DNA of 64,000 nt from the human T2T-CHM13v2.0 reference genome, Homo sapiens: NCBI RefSeq assembly GCF_009914755.1, contig NC_060947.1. One strand, given 5' to 3'. The position numbers were made by a program, and so were the translations under genes. Under the pieces are notes generated by a model that did not search any database, was not told the origin of the DNA, and saw only the letters and a program-made list of their open reading frames with translations. Below are positions 34,116-48,592 of this stretch, in pieces. The stretch's first letter is position 1; every line of letters begins with the position of its first letter.

Positions 34116-35382
34116 GGGGCAATGGTTAGAGGGTTACAGACCTTCTAGAAATCTGATTCTCACAGCTATATAGAATAAATCCTAGAACAATGCTGCTCCA
34201 AGGTATGTTTTCTTACTGATTGGCTTTGACAGGCAGAAAAAACGTATTCATTTCTAATCACAAGAAAAAGTTTAGATGCTCCACTTACAGGATTAAAACA
34301 AAAGTTTATCCCAACATACAAAAAGAGAACAAGTGATGCTTTAGTAATAAAGTAAAGTGCTATCTACACAGAAAACACTAAGTAGGCAAAATCCAATTGT
34401 GCAGGGACTTGAGAGTTGGGGAATAAAGGGATTAAAGTCCAGATTCTGGGTAGCCCCTTGGCAAAATTCTAAAAGATCCTCTGTGTTTTCAGGCTTTTTG
34501 AGCTGGGACCTCTTTCACATTTCTGAACCGATTTTTTGTCATGTATTTGCACTCACGGCTCAGAAGTGGATTTAGCAGAAGAGAAGGAAGGCAGAGAAAT
34601 GCCCCAACATGAGCATCTGCTATATGACAGGTATTGTGCTTAGCTCTTCATATATATTAGATATGCATTCCTCAGGCAACCCTGAACAGACTATAGTATT
34701 AGCATTCTGCTGATAAAGAAAAGTAATCTTAGAATCATTAAATGACTTGGCATCCTATCTTTTCTGTGGCTCAATGGGAATAGAACCTAGGTCTGTCTGT
34801 AGAGAGAAGCTGAGTTCTGCATATAACACAATGCAATTCTTGAACTAAAAGGATGAAGTTATATAAGGTGGGATGGGGATATGAATAAAGCTTTGAGCTG
34901 TGAAAGGAAAATAAATCTCGGGACCTCAAAATCACTAAGCCAAAGGGAAAAGTCAAATTGAGAACTGCGTTAGGCAACCTGCCTTCCATTCAATCCCTAA
35001 ATAAGATAACTACAAAAATAAAAAAAGTTACATACCTTCCTCACAGTTTGCCCACAAGGAAATTCCTTGTGCACAAAAGACAGACAGAACTCAAAGTCAT
35101 CCCTCTGCTCATGTAAGACAAATGCCTATCTGCTTGCTTCATCTGCCCTATTGTTTCACTAAGCCAGACTAAGGCACAAATGACTATTCCTCTACACTCC
35201 TTGCACATGTAAAGTGTGTATTCAGTGAAAAGCTAATCAGAGACTAAAAAGAATGCAACTGTTTGCCTCTTATATCTAACTATGACCTGGAGGCCCCCTC
35301 CCTCGCCTCCAGTTGTACTGCCTTTCTGGATGGAACAAATGTACACCTTATACATATTGATTGATGTCTCATGTCTCCCTAA

Positions 35383-37889
35383 TTATGAGGCCAGCATCAT
35401 CCTGATACCAAACCCTGGCAGAGACCCAACAAAAAAGAGAATTTTACACCAATATCCCTGATGAACATTGATGTGAAAATCCTCAATAAAATACTGGCAA
35501 ACCGAATCCAGCAGCACATCAAAAAGCTTATTCACCAAGATCAAGTTGGCTTCATCCCTGGGATGCAAGGCTGGTTCAACATATGCAAATCAATAAACAT
35601 AATCCATCACATAAACAGAACCAAAGACAAAAACCACATGATTATCATCATAGATGCAGAAAAGGCCTTTGACAAAATTCAACAACCCTTCATGCTAAAA
35701 ACTCTCAATGAATTAGGTATTGATGGAAGGTATCTCAAAATAATAAGAGCTGTTTATGACAAACCTATATCCAGTACCATACTGAATGGGCAAAAACTGG
35801 AAGCATTCCCTTTGAAAACTGGGACAAGACAGGGATGCCCTCTCTCACCACTCCTATTCAACATAGCGTTGGAAGTTCTGGCCAGGGTAATCAGGCAGGA
35901 GAAAGAAATAAAGGGTATTCAATTAGGAAAAGAGGAAGTCAGATTGTCCCTGTTTGCAGATGACATGATTGTATATTTAGAAAACCCCATCGTCTCAGCC
36001 CAAAATCTCCTTAAGATGATAAGCAACTTCAGCAAAGTCTCAGGATACAAAATCAGTGTGCAAAAATCACAAGGATTCTTATACACCAATAACAGACAAA
36101 CAGAGAGCCAAATCATGAGTGAATTCCCATTCACAATTGCTTCAAAGAGAATAAAATACCTAGGAATCCAACTTAGAAGGGATGTGAAGGACCTCCTCAA
36201 GGAGAATTACAAACCACTGTTCAACAAATAAAAGAGGACACAAACAAATGGAAGAACATTCCATGCTCATGGATAGGAAGAATCAATATTGTGAAAATGG
36301 CCATACTGCCCAAGGTAATTTATAGATTCAAGAGTATCCCCATCAAGCTAACAATGACTTTCATCACAGAATTGGAAAAAACTACTTTAAACTTCATATG
36401 GAACCAAAAAGGGCCCGCATTACCAAGACAATCCTAAGCAAAAAGAACAAAGCTGGAGGCATCACACTACCTGACTTCAAACTATACTACAAGGCTACAG
36501 TAACCAAAACAGTATGGTACTGGTATCAAAACAGAGATATAGACCAATGGAAAAGAACAGAGCCCTCAGAAATAACACCACACATCTACAACTATCTGAA
36601 CTTAGACAACCCTGACAAAAAAAGCAATGGGGAAAGGATTGCCTATTGAATAAGTGGTGCTGGGAAAACTGGCTAGCCATATGTAGAAAGCTGAAACTGG
36701 ATCTCTTCCTTACACCTTATACAAAAATTAGTTCAAGATGGATTAAAGACTTAAATGTTAGACCTAAAATCATAAAAACCCTAGAAGAAAACCTAGACAA
36801 TACCATTCAGGACATAGGCATGGGCAAGGACTTCATGACTAAAACACCAAAAGCAATGGCAACAAAAGCCAAAACTGACAAATGGGATCTAATTAAACTA
36901 AAGAGCTTCTGCACAGCAAAAGAAACTACCATCAGAGTGAACTGGCAACCTACAGAATGGGAGAAAATTTTTGCAATCTACCCATCTGACAAAGGGCTAG
37001 TATCCAGAATCTACAAAGAACTCAAACAAATTTACAAGAAAAAATCAAACAACCCCATCAAAACGTGGGCAAAGGATATGAACAGACACTTCTCAAAAGA
37101 AGACATTTATGCAGCCAACAGACATATGAAAAAATGTTCATCATCACTGGCCATCAGAGAAATGCAAATCAAAACCACAATGAGATATCATCTCACACCA
37201 GTTAGAATGGCAATCATTAAAAAGTCAGGAAACAACAGATGCTGGAGAGGATGTGGAGAAATAGGAACACTTTTACACCATTGGTAGGAGTGTAAACTGG
37301 TTCAACCATTGTGGAAGACAGTGTGGCCATTCCTCAAGGATCTAGAACTAGAAATACCATTTGACTCAGTGATCCCATTACTGGGTACATACCCAAAGGA
37401 TTATAAATCATGCTACTATAAAGACACATGAACATGTGTGTTTATTGCAGCACTATTCACAATAGCAAAGACTTGGAGCCAACCCAAATGTCCATCAATG
37501 ATAGACTGGATTAAGAAAATGTGGCACATATACACCATGGAATACTATGCAGCCATAAAAAAGGATGAGTTCATGTCCTTTGTAGCAACATGGATGAAGC
37601 TGGAAACCATCATTCTGAGCAAACTATTGCAAGGACAGAAAACCAAACACCGCATGTTCTCACTCATAGGTGGGAATTGAACAATGAGAACACTTGGACA
37701 CAGGGCAGGGAACATCACACACCAGGGCCTGTTGGGTGGGGGGGCTGGGGGAGGGATAGCATTAGGAGAAATACCTAATATAAATGATGAGTTTATGGGT
37801 GCAGCAAACCAACTCGGCACATGTATACATATGTAACAAACCTGCACATTGTGTGCATGTACCCTAGAACTTAAAGTATAATAATAAAA
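35383..37889 (+). mobile_element. 5'-truncated L1PA (L1PA6-like, 2.5 kb) inserted in the MER4 5'LTR
   Basis: RT ORF 35461-36231 ([12 protein letters not shown]); 3'UTR and A-tail; LTR resumes tgtataaaaccaagc as in the intact 3'LTR. Confidence 0.95.
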
Positions 37890-38039
37890 AAAATGTATAA
37901 AACCAAGCTATGCCTGGACCCCCTTGGGAACATGTCTTCAAGACCTCCTGAGGCTGTGTCATGAGTGTGTCCTTAACTTTGGTAAAGTAAACTTTCTAAA
38001 TTGACTGAGACCTGTCTCAGATATTTTGGATACACAAAC

Positions 38040-38057
38040 TGGTAGCCACAAAGGTAT
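38040..38057 (+). promoter_or_regulatory. Primer binding site, tRNA-Arg(TCG)-like
   Basis: tggtagccacaaaggtat, 3 nt after the LTR end; 15/18 match to TGGTAACCACGAAGGGAT, the complement of the tRNA-Arg-TCG 3' end as I recall it. Confidence 0.7.
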
Positions 38058-38602
38058 TCTGAGTAGAGGGGCCCCTGATCTTTGACAAATCTATATGTGC
38101 TTGGTGCCAGCTTCAGCTATCATGATAGCTCAAACCAACAGGATAATTTGCTGAGGCCTTGCAGCCCCCGCCCCCACAAGAGAATCCCTGATCTACCAGA
38201 ATTTGGTCAAGATCTAAAGTTTATTTTGCTGTACAACTGCTTTTTTGGAGTTTCATTTGCTTCCAACAAGGAAGGCAAGTTTTCCTTCTTCCATGATGAA
38301 AGACAGGTAATTGCTTTTTGGAGTTTCAGCTCCCTTCCAACAGGGAAGGCAAGTTTGAGTTTTTTCCTGCTTCTAGGATAGTAGCAGCCTGAGACCCATT
38401 CCTAGGTAAGTAGCTGAGTTGGAGTTTTCTCTTGGCTAAAGCAAAGATTAATAACCAGTTAGTCTTAATTTCTCCTTACCATTAAAGTGCTTAGTAATCC
38501 TATTGCGTAATTGTTGTTTGTTGTGTGTTGTATGTTTTTGTTTTTGTTCTGATCTTTTTCCCATTGGGTTTGACCAACTCTATCTGACTTGATTAAATTT
38601 GA

Positions 38603-39042
<440 letters not shown>

Positions 39043-39308
39043 TGACTACCTAATGGACTTTATTTACATAACAAGGCCGCCTTTTGCTAGTTAAGCTAAA
39101 CTGAAAGAGCAATGGCTGTTGCCCCATAGCTAAGGTTCTGCCTCCCACCCCATTTTTTCACCACCACAGCCTGGGTTTTGTTCCTAAATCAAGCCCTTTC
39201 TGGTTTGGTATTTGTGTTGCTTTTGAAATATCAGCAATTTGTCCTAGTGAAAATACGGTAATGAGATTTAAGATAATTTTTTTAAGGGAGCTCGACGGTT
39301 AAAAGTCA

Positions 39309-39670
<362 letters not shown>

Positions 39671-39684
39671 AACCATAAAGGCCT

Positions 39685-40033
39685 TTTATATATATAAATA
39701 TATATTATATACTATATAGTTATATTTACTATAATGTTAATTACAATATAATATAAATATAATATATTTGGTATATAAAAGGCTTTATATATATTTTATA
39801 TATAAGATATATAACATATATAATAGTTATATATCTTATATATAAGATATATAACATATATAATAGTTATATATTTTATATATATTATATATTTTATACA
39901 TAGTATACCGAGTATATATATTATATTTATATTTAATATAATATATATGCAAAATATTTAACATATTTTATAACATATAAAATATATATTATGTATTAAT
40001 GTAGCATATATATATGTGTGTGTATATATATAT
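39685..40033. repeat. AT-rich low-complexity (TA)-derived tract with 40-bp tandem palindromic unit
   Basis: 39801-39840 and 39841-39880 differ at 1 nt. Confidence 0.9.
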
Positions 40034-41481
40034 GGTCTTTGCTTTTTCTCTCTCTCCTAGGACCTTAGCTTTTTTGATGAATTTTTTTTTCCTGTCTCAG
40101 TTGATTGAATGAGTTTTCTCCATTTACTTCTGCTGTCTCTCCTTTCTCCTAGGTTTACATGAGGGACCTAAAATAGTTTGCAACAGTCTGGTATTCCTTA
40201 AAGAAAATGGAGAAGGCACCAGGTTCCCTTTTGGGGAGAAACCTCTGTTTCTTTTTTTTTTTTTTTTTATGGAACCTCAAGAGCATAAACAGACAACTTC
40301 TTCTCAGATCTTAAGCTGCTTACTTTTGTATTATCTTACCTGATTTCTTTTTTCTTTTTTTTTTTTGACTAAAATAGTTATTATAACAGGGTTACTCTTG
40401 GGTGTTTAAGGTAAAGAAGAGTGTAATGTAGACACTTAGAGAAATGTCTTTCTTAAAAAAAAAGTAGACTGTAAAAGCACCATGTGGTCTAGCCCCATAA
40501 TAGTTCTCTGTTTCTGGAGAACCAGGATTCAGTGTGGGCTCTGCCCTGAGCTCAGAGACCCAGTTAAAAGACAGAGACTAAATTTAGAACTACCTATCTA
40601 AAATAAAATTGGTCTCCCTATACAATCCTATGACAGAGTTCTATAATTTTATGTTTGACTTGGCATCCGTTTTTTATCTCCCTCTAGTAGCACCAGACTC
40701 TTTTTCTCTGTACCTTGAGTTGTAATTTTCACACATTTTTCCCCTAGGAGTTGTTCCTTTAATAAGCAAATTTAGGGCTATCTAGATGACAATTGTCCAG
40801 GGTAATGAAACAGTTTATTAAGAAATTGGAAGTCTTAAAGAGGAGAAAATAATAGATCTTATGAATTTACAAGATCTACTTTTATCTGCCTGTTTAATAC
40901 ATCTATGTATTTATATGTTGTGTATATGATGTTTCACTATTAAATATATAAAACAGTGCTAATTAATTGGCTTAAAGAAAAGCACTTATATCAAATACTT
41001 TATCAGAAATAAGAGACTTTATGCCAAATGCTTTTTCAAGTTCATGTGGCTTAAGTAAATTTTTAATAAATAAGCTGGTTTAAAATGTATTAATGAAATA
41101 GAATTAGAAATGACTTCAGAATTGTCAACATACATTATTGTTTAGATTTATTGGTAAAGTGGTTTTATATTTATCTCTACTAGATGTCAAGATTTGGCAT
41201 GAGAGTTATCAAGCTATGAATACAGCCCAAAGGAAAATTATGTTTGTTTGTGTAAATTTTATAAATAAGACATTTAATATTGTCCAGTTAATAAAAACAG
41301 TTAAATTCTGAATTATTGGCAAAAAAAGAAACCATTTATTTAACTTTAAGGTTCTCACTTGGGAAATCCTGCAATTCACAGTTTATAAAAATGCTTAACA
41401 GGGAAATAACTTCAAATGATAACTGTCACAGTTTTCATAAGTAATCTGGATAAACTATTTAAAAAATTAATTAATTAGGTA

Positions 41482-41561
41482 TTAGGTTGGTGCAAAAGTC
41501 ATTGCAGTTTTTGCCATTGAAAGTAATGGCAAAAACCACAATGACCTTAGCACCAACCTAA
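41482..41561. mobile_element. MADE1 (Hsmar1-derived 80-bp MITE; miR-548-type hairpin)
   Basis: 37-bp inverted arms ttaggttggtgc...gcaccaacctaa, 6-bp spacer, TA TSD. Confidence 0.95.
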
Positions 41562-44275
41562 TAAATATAATCAAATGAATACTTGCAAATAAACTTGCCA
41601 TATAATTTAAAAGGTAAAATTATATTAAGTTAAATAATACATATTCATTAAATGTCTGGGTCATTTCTTATTATTAAAAATTATATTACAAGGAAACATT
41701 TTTATAAAAAAAGAAATGTGTTCTAATTTAAAGGAAAATAAATTTTTGTCTAATTCAATGGTTATTTAAAAGTTATTTATAAAACAAGGTAAAGGTAACC
41801 AGTAAATAAAATCAATGTACATAAAGTTATAAATAGGTATTTTTAGCAAAATAGGTTAAGAGGAAAATAATTTTATATGAGAAAGAATCTTGTATGGTAA
41901 ATTTTTGTCTTATAATAAAATGGCTAGTTGTTTAAGAAAGAGGAATGTTTAGAACAAGCCAAAAAGTCTAAGCAGGTCATGAATGACATGCTTAAGTTGT
42001 AATAAGTTTTGTAAAAAGAGGATTTTTACTGAAAACAGCTTTATATGATCAAATTGTCTATAATTAAAGGAAAGTTACTTATTTTGGTATTTTTAGAGAT
42101 TGGGTTTTGATATTTAAAACAAAGATATTCATACACTAAAGAATTGGGTAGAACGATAATTTTTTAGATATTGATTTACTCATTAAAATTACAATATTTT
42201 AATTTTTTTAACCCAAAGTTCAACTTTTAATGAGTCTTACTGGTTTTAGCTTTCTCTCCCCTTTTAGAAGGGCTGAAATAACTCTCTCCTTTAATGCCTT
42301 CTCAGCTCCTATAAGTTTTTTTTTCCTTAGGTTCTGTTTGTTGTGGCCTAATGCTAAAAATGTTGTATCTTAAAAGTCTAAAGGAAATGCTTTCTTCCAA
42401 TATAATATTCTGTACTCTTGGCTTTAAATTGTTCTATGAATCTGAAATTTTTCACTTATTATGTAGGAAACACTCTTCCTATGTCTAACCAATTCAAGTA
42501 TCTTTTTCATTAGTTTTGACTTGCAGATTATCTAAATGGATTCCCCATGGGAACAGCAATTACACTGCAGAAGATCTTTTCTTTTTCCTTTTGGTAACTG
42601 GCTTAAAAAATACACTTTACATTTTGTTGAAATAATTCCTGTGTCATTATTATTAAGTTTTGGTTTGCTTAGAAAAAAACAGAGATTAGAAAAATTTTAA
42701 TTAAGGTTATTACATCCATGTAACTTTCTGTATTTTGCTTTTAAGTAATTGTGCCATTAAGTTATGGACTTTGACTCCTGGGTCTAAAAATGACACCAAG
42801 TCCTGTGAAATCTTAAACACTGACAGCACTTAAAGCCTCACCTTCAGACTTGGTAGAACATGCTAATCAAAATAAACTGCATTCATGAGACACAGGGCCA
42901 GAAATTAAAACTATGCAATTCTTCAAGGCCTGGGGACTATTGCAGAAGAGGTGGGCACATTAGATTGTAAGGGCAATTTTCAGAGATAAAATTTGTTCAG
43001 TTTCCTTATAAATTAACCATTAATATCAAAGGCATACTGATCCAAGACCAGCATCTAGGTCCCTGTGTCAGATTAACAAGATTTTCTTGGAGCATTAACT
43101 CACTCCTTAATAAAAGGTTATAAAGCTTATAAAAAGGTTTATGGAAATTATATCTTATGGTATAGAATGATTAAAATTTAATAAATTTTTAAATAAAATC
43201 TTAAAAGACAGATTTAACTGGCCTCATACAGTCTTTATTGGGGCTTATTTTTGGGGAAAATTAAGTCTCCTTTCTCAAAGAATAAATGTTTTTGCCTTTC
43301 TTTGAAATCTTTGTGTTATCACTTTGGTTAAATGAATGACTTCTTTTATAATGACCTATGATCCTATTTTGTAACATCAAGAGTTTTAAACTTTTTATAT
43401 TTGACAATCTTTCCAAAATCAAAGTCTAACTTTGGTCCTCATTAATATTTTTCATATTGTGTCCTCTGAAATCCAAAAGAGACATATTCAGTTTATTTGA
43501 CATAATAAAATTATATAGAAAGTATTGTCAAATACGAAATTATGTTTAACCTTCTTTGGATTATATTTATATAAATGTGTTATTATTATGTGTTCCAGAA
43601 TTGTATGAGATTCCTGTGATTCTAATGTGTCTTAGTAAATGTTATCAGTAGTAATTATGATTATAATGTAAAATTGTTGTATAACTCAGAAGTAACCAAA
43701 TTTCCTTGTAATTTGTGTCTTTAACCATCACTGTTCTAAGACTCTTGTCATCCACAGTTGTTTTACTTTTATCCTTTTCAAAAGGTGTTTTTATAATCAG
43801 CTATAAGACTCTGACAGGTGCTTTTAAATGTAGGTTTCTGATAACTTTAGAGATTGTGGCACTAGCGTATAGAAAAAACTTCCAAGACTCCATAGAGAGC
43901 TAATGTGTTCATAAATATTGAGCAGAATAGGAGTTAATTACATAGACTAAACTAATGGAAGATTGAAATAATCTGTTTCTGACTTTGTTTGAAACATTGC
44001 TAATTCTTTTGTTTCTGAGTCCAGAAACCCTTTTTCTCTGAGCTTTTAACAGCTGGGTAAACTACACTCCTGTGAGCAAAATCTAAAGCATATTTCTTTA
44101 TGTAATTTCTCCAGAATTTAAAAACTATTTGCAAGTATACTTAATTTATAGCAATATAGTTATTTGCCTAAGTTCAACAAGAATCTGTTTTCTTTTGTAA
44201 CAGGACACAATTGCAGACACTGGTTATTTTACCAATGCTTTGACTGGAATGGCATACTTTCAGATTGCTTTAAGG

Positions 44276-44487
44276 CAAGCTTGTCCAATTCATGGCCCGT
44301 GAGTTGCATACGGCCAGGATGGCTTTGAATGTGGTCCAGCATGAATTCGTAACCTTTCTTAAAACATTATGAGATATTTTTGTGATTTTTTTAGCTAATC
44401 AGCTATTTGTTAGTATATTTTATGTGTAGCCCAAGACAATTCTTCTTCTAATGTGGCCCAGGGTAGCCAGTAGATTAGACCACCCTT
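44276..44487 (-). mobile_element. MER30 (hAT-Charlie MITE)
   Basis: caagcttgtccaa...tgtagcccaagacaattcttcttc...; 8-bp TSD ctttaagg/ctttaaga. Confidence 0.88.
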
Positions 44488-45489
44488 CTTTAAGAAATCA
44501 AGGTTGACTTAATAAAGAGCCAATAAAAGCTCTTGGAAAAGCTGGCCTCATATCTTGTATATGCAGTCCCTGTGTAGGTTCCTGACCTATGGTAAGTAAA
44601 GAATGTCATTTTCTGACAGGCCAAGGAGCCCCAAGTTTTCTTGGGGCCTTGAGGTGAGGGATATACCAATTAATACACATATTTGCAGGCACAGGCTTGG
44701 CTGAAGGCTTTAAAGTCTAATCTGAGATTCTTTATAGAATAAAGCTCCAGCAAAATCATTAAAAAAAAAACCCTATCTGGCAAATAATTATTCTTGCTGA
44801 TTTTATGCAAATACTCAGGCCAACTATAATAAGAATAGCATTTATTTTACACATAAATTTGTTCTATGATTTGTCTTTAGTGAATATGGGGACTAGAGAG
44901 AGAAAAATTATGTTTCAAAATAATCTATAGTACATTTTTCAATTTTCATTATTTTCTACAGTTTGAACTGAATTCTAAAATTATTTCTTGGCTACAAGTC
45001 TTCAAAATAATGTTTTTGAATTTTTCAAAATAATGTTCTGAAATTTTTTTCCTTCTTTCTTTTCCTTTCTACCCCAATTTTTCCTATTTTTGAAATCACT
45101 GAAAATTAAACTGTACTTTATTAAAGCCCTGTGAACTGAAGCTAGACAACATAAACTTTAGAAAAAAATAACAGCAATCTGTTTACATATGTAAACCACT
45201 TTCAAACCTGCCTACTGATGTATGGACTTCAGAGTAATATGGCCTATATGGCCTATAACTATTTTCCAGGATTGTTATTCATTTTATTTGCTTGTAGTTG
45301 TTCCCTTCCTCCCCTATCTTCTCTTCCTAGGATATGAGACTTCACAACATGCTAAAAACGGGCTTTCCTAATAGATGGGTAGATGGGACGTACTCATCTA
45401 GGAATAAACCATCCTAGCCATGAGATATTAGACAAAATCTGAGACCAGAGACACATTTTTTTTCTAAAATGTTTTCTCCAAAAGATTTT

Positions 45490-45505
45490 AAAAAGAAGGG
45501 GGAAA
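45490..45505 (+). promoter_or_regulatory. Polypurine tract of the MER4 provirus
   Basis: aaaaagaagggggaaa immediately before the 3'LTR TG. Confidence 0.85.
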
Positions 45506-46985
45506 TGTGAAAGGAAAATAAATCTTGAGACCCCAAAATAACTAAGCCAAAGGGAAAAGCCAAACTAAGAACTGCATTAGGCAACCTGCCTTACATTCAA
45601 TCCCTAAATAAGATGACTACAAAAATAAAAAAGTTACATACCTTCCTCACAATTTGCCCACAAGGAAATTCCCTGGGGACTAAGGACAGACAGCTCTCAA
45701 AGTCATCCCTCTGCTCGTATGAGACAAATGCATATCTACTTGTTTTCTCTGCCCTATTGTTTCAAGAAGCCAGACTAAGTTATAAATGACTATTCCTCTA
45801 CCCTCTCCTCACATGTAAAGTGTGCATTCAGTGAAAAGCTAATCAGAGACTCAAAAGAATGCAACTGTTTGCTTCTTATCTGCCTATGACCTGGAAGCCC
45901 CCTTCCCAACCTCAAGTTGTCCCACCTTCCCAGACAGAACCAATGTACACCTTGCGCATATTGATTGATGTCTCATGTCTCCCTAAAATGTATAAAACCA
46001 AGCTGTGCCCCAACCACCTTGGGAATATGTTGTCATGACTCCCTGAGGCTGTCATGGGTGAGTCCTTAACCTTGGCAAAATAAATTTTCTAAATTGGTTG
46101 GGACCTGTCTCAGATATTTTGGGTTCACAGAACAATAGGACAATTCTTAAGTCCCAGAACTATCTTATTTAGGAAGATAAAAAGAATCTGAGGATCCTCA
46201 TACATAAAATACAATCCCTCTTTTATCCTCAAGCTGCCTTTCTTGTTTTGCATTTTTCATTTGTTCGTCTAAATTAGAGTTTACCCCATTAGAAGTCTTT
46301 CAGAAAATTTCTCCTCTGGCCCCTTATTGTTACTGTCAAAGCCCCAGAGCATCTATTATCATGCTAAGACCTATTATAGAGATAGCAGAGCACAGAAAAG
46401 AAAAGTGGGCCTCCATCTGTCCTAGTTTTAATTTGGAGAATACTTTAGGGTTTATTACTTAAACTGATGTTTTATTGTTTCCTTTTCCACTGTATCCTTG
46501 TATCTTTTTCTCCTTTTCTGACTTTCAGAACTTATCCTTCAAAAATGCTGGGGAAGAAATGGAAGACCTGGCTTTCTATCCGTCATTGCTTGTTGTGACC
46601 CAGTCACTGGCAGCCTAATAACAGAGTATGTGGCTGAACCAGCTCCTTCACTTCCACGACCATCATATTTCTGGGGGTTATCTTAGAAAGGTTCAGTTCC
46701 ATCACGAGTATCTTTATTTTCCTTCTCTAGTTCCAGCCATTTACTTTGTCTAAGGTTCTGGCCAGGGAAAGCCAGAGGAAAGCTAGGAAGATAGGGAAGC
46801 CCTTGAACAGCTTGGAGCTCTGGGAGGGCAGAGATTCATAGTTACTTCATATCTGGACTGTCAGCCAGTCTGGGGTGTCTGACACACAAGGGGCACTCAG
46901 CAAATGGTGAATGAACAAATGGGTAGTACTAGTGTCAGTTGTTGTGTTTCTCCTATGTAAGAAGATATGAAACTTTTGGTGTGTC

Positions 46986-47586
46986 TGTAAAAGGAAAATA
47001 ATTCTAGGGACCCCCAAAATCACTAAACCAAGGAAAAAGTCAAGCTGGGAACTAGGTCAGGAAAACCTGTCTCCCATTTTATTCCTAAATAAGATAGCTA
47101 CAAAGATAAGAAGCCAAATACCTCCCTCACAATTTGCCCAGCAGGAAATTCCTTGTGGACAAAGGACAGACAGAACTCAAAGTCATCCCTCTGAGGTTCA
47201 CCTGAGACAAATGCATATATGATTGCTTCCTCTGCCCTATTGTTTACATAAAAATGCAGATTCACTGAGCCACACTAAATTGTGTATTCTGTGGAAGGCT
47301 GATCAAGGACTGAAAAGAATGTAACTTTTTGTCTCTTATGTACTTCTGAGCAGGAAGCCCCAACTTCAAGTTGTCTTGCCTTACCACACTGAACCAATGT
47401 ACATCTTACACATATTGATTGATGTCTCATGTCTCTCTGAAACGTATAAAAACCAAAGGGTACCCCAAACACCTTGAGCACACATCCTCAGGACCTCCTG
47501 AAGCTATGTCATGGGTGCATCCTTAACCTTGGCAAAATAAACTTTCTAAATAGGTTGAGACCTGTCTCAGGTATTTTGGGCTCACA
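46986..47586 (+). mobile_element. Solo MER4-family LTR (different variant from the proviral LTRs)
   Basis: Homologous to 45506-46129 at both ends, with a different central segment; TG...CA termini; no PPT or PBS adjacent. Confidence 0.9.
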
Positions 47587-48085
47587 GGCCTTATAGGATT
47601 AAGGAAGAGGGAGAGTAGAGAAAATAAACCTCAGGCAGAACAGAAATCTGAGCCTGTCTGGAGATGCATCTTGGACTCAGCAAGGTCCTGCTTCTCTCTC
47701 AAGAATTTACACATTGTTTTTAGGCGCCTGCATCCAGTAATCAGGCAGACATGTAACTAAAATCCTGAGAACAATTGGAAAAGCCCCAAATGGTATAAAA
47801 ACCTTGATGAGACAAGTCTAAAAGAAACAAAAAGCAGCTGGACTGTCACCATCCTTAGGTTCATGGAGATGTCGGAAGAAAGTATTACCAGAATCTAGAA
47901 GGAGAGAATCATGTATAACAGGCCACTTTAACAGGAACATGCACCTTTGAACAAGAAATCCAGCCAGTTTGCAGTGATCTTTCAGAAAGGACGCTGGCAT
48001 GTAGTAGGTGTTCAATATATGTTAGCTAGTATTTCATCAACACAATGCATGCAATTAAAAACTAAACTTCAATTATTTTAAATTA

Positions 48086-48352
48086 CAGTTTACCCTTAAG
48101 CAATGCAGGGGTTAGGGTATTGACCCCCTGTGCAGTCAAAAATCTGCATATAACTTTGACTCTCTTGTAACTTAACTACTAAGTGGAAGTGGATTATCAT
48201 AAAGGGCTTCTTCCTATTCACTGGGAGTTGGCTGAGGAGGAGGAGGAAGAGGAAAGGTTGGTATTGCTGTCTCAGGGGTGGCAGAGTTGGAAGAAAATCT
48301 GTGTATAAGTGGACCTGCGCATTTCAAACCCATGTTGTTCAAGGGTCAACTG
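48086..48352 (-). mobile_element. Tigger2a-like DNA transposon with internal deletion
   Basis: TIRs cagtttacccttaagcaa / ttgttcaagggtcaactg; TA TSD. Confidence 0.85.
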
Positions 48353-48592
48353 TACTACACGCCAGTCATGATTTCAAGTACTTAACATATATTGATTCAC
48401 CTTGATCTTCCCAACAATCCTAAGATATAGTTGCTAACATTTTAACTCCATTTTTGTAAGTGATGACACTGAGGCACAGATAATTAAATAACCAATCCAA
48501 GACTATGTGGCTAACAAGGCAGCAGATCCATAATTCGAATGTAGATATTTTTGGCTCTAGGATTTAAATCCTTAACCACTATTCTATACTAT
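48353..48592 (-). mobile_element. MIR (approximate), interrupted by the Tigger2a
   Basis: ccatttttgtaagtgatgacactgaggcacaga...tggctctagg...ccttaaccact. Confidence 0.65.

Noticed and set aside
33859-34129. Lys/Glu/Arg-rich ORF
   Set aside because: Translation of the (TTCC)n/(TC)n simple repeat.
35461-36231. 256-aa reverse transcriptase ORF, the longest in the window
   Set aside because: Fragment of L1 ORF2 in a 5'-truncated copy, ending at a premature stop; not a retron, DGR or domesticated RT.
37734-37755. G-quadruplex-forming run
   Set aside because: Standard L1 3'UTR G-tract.
45001-45046. 23-bp tandem duplication, and similar micro-duplications at 18641-18667, 24399-24421 and 45238-45256
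   Set aside because: Two-copy slippage events without spacers; not CRISPR-like or otherwise structured.
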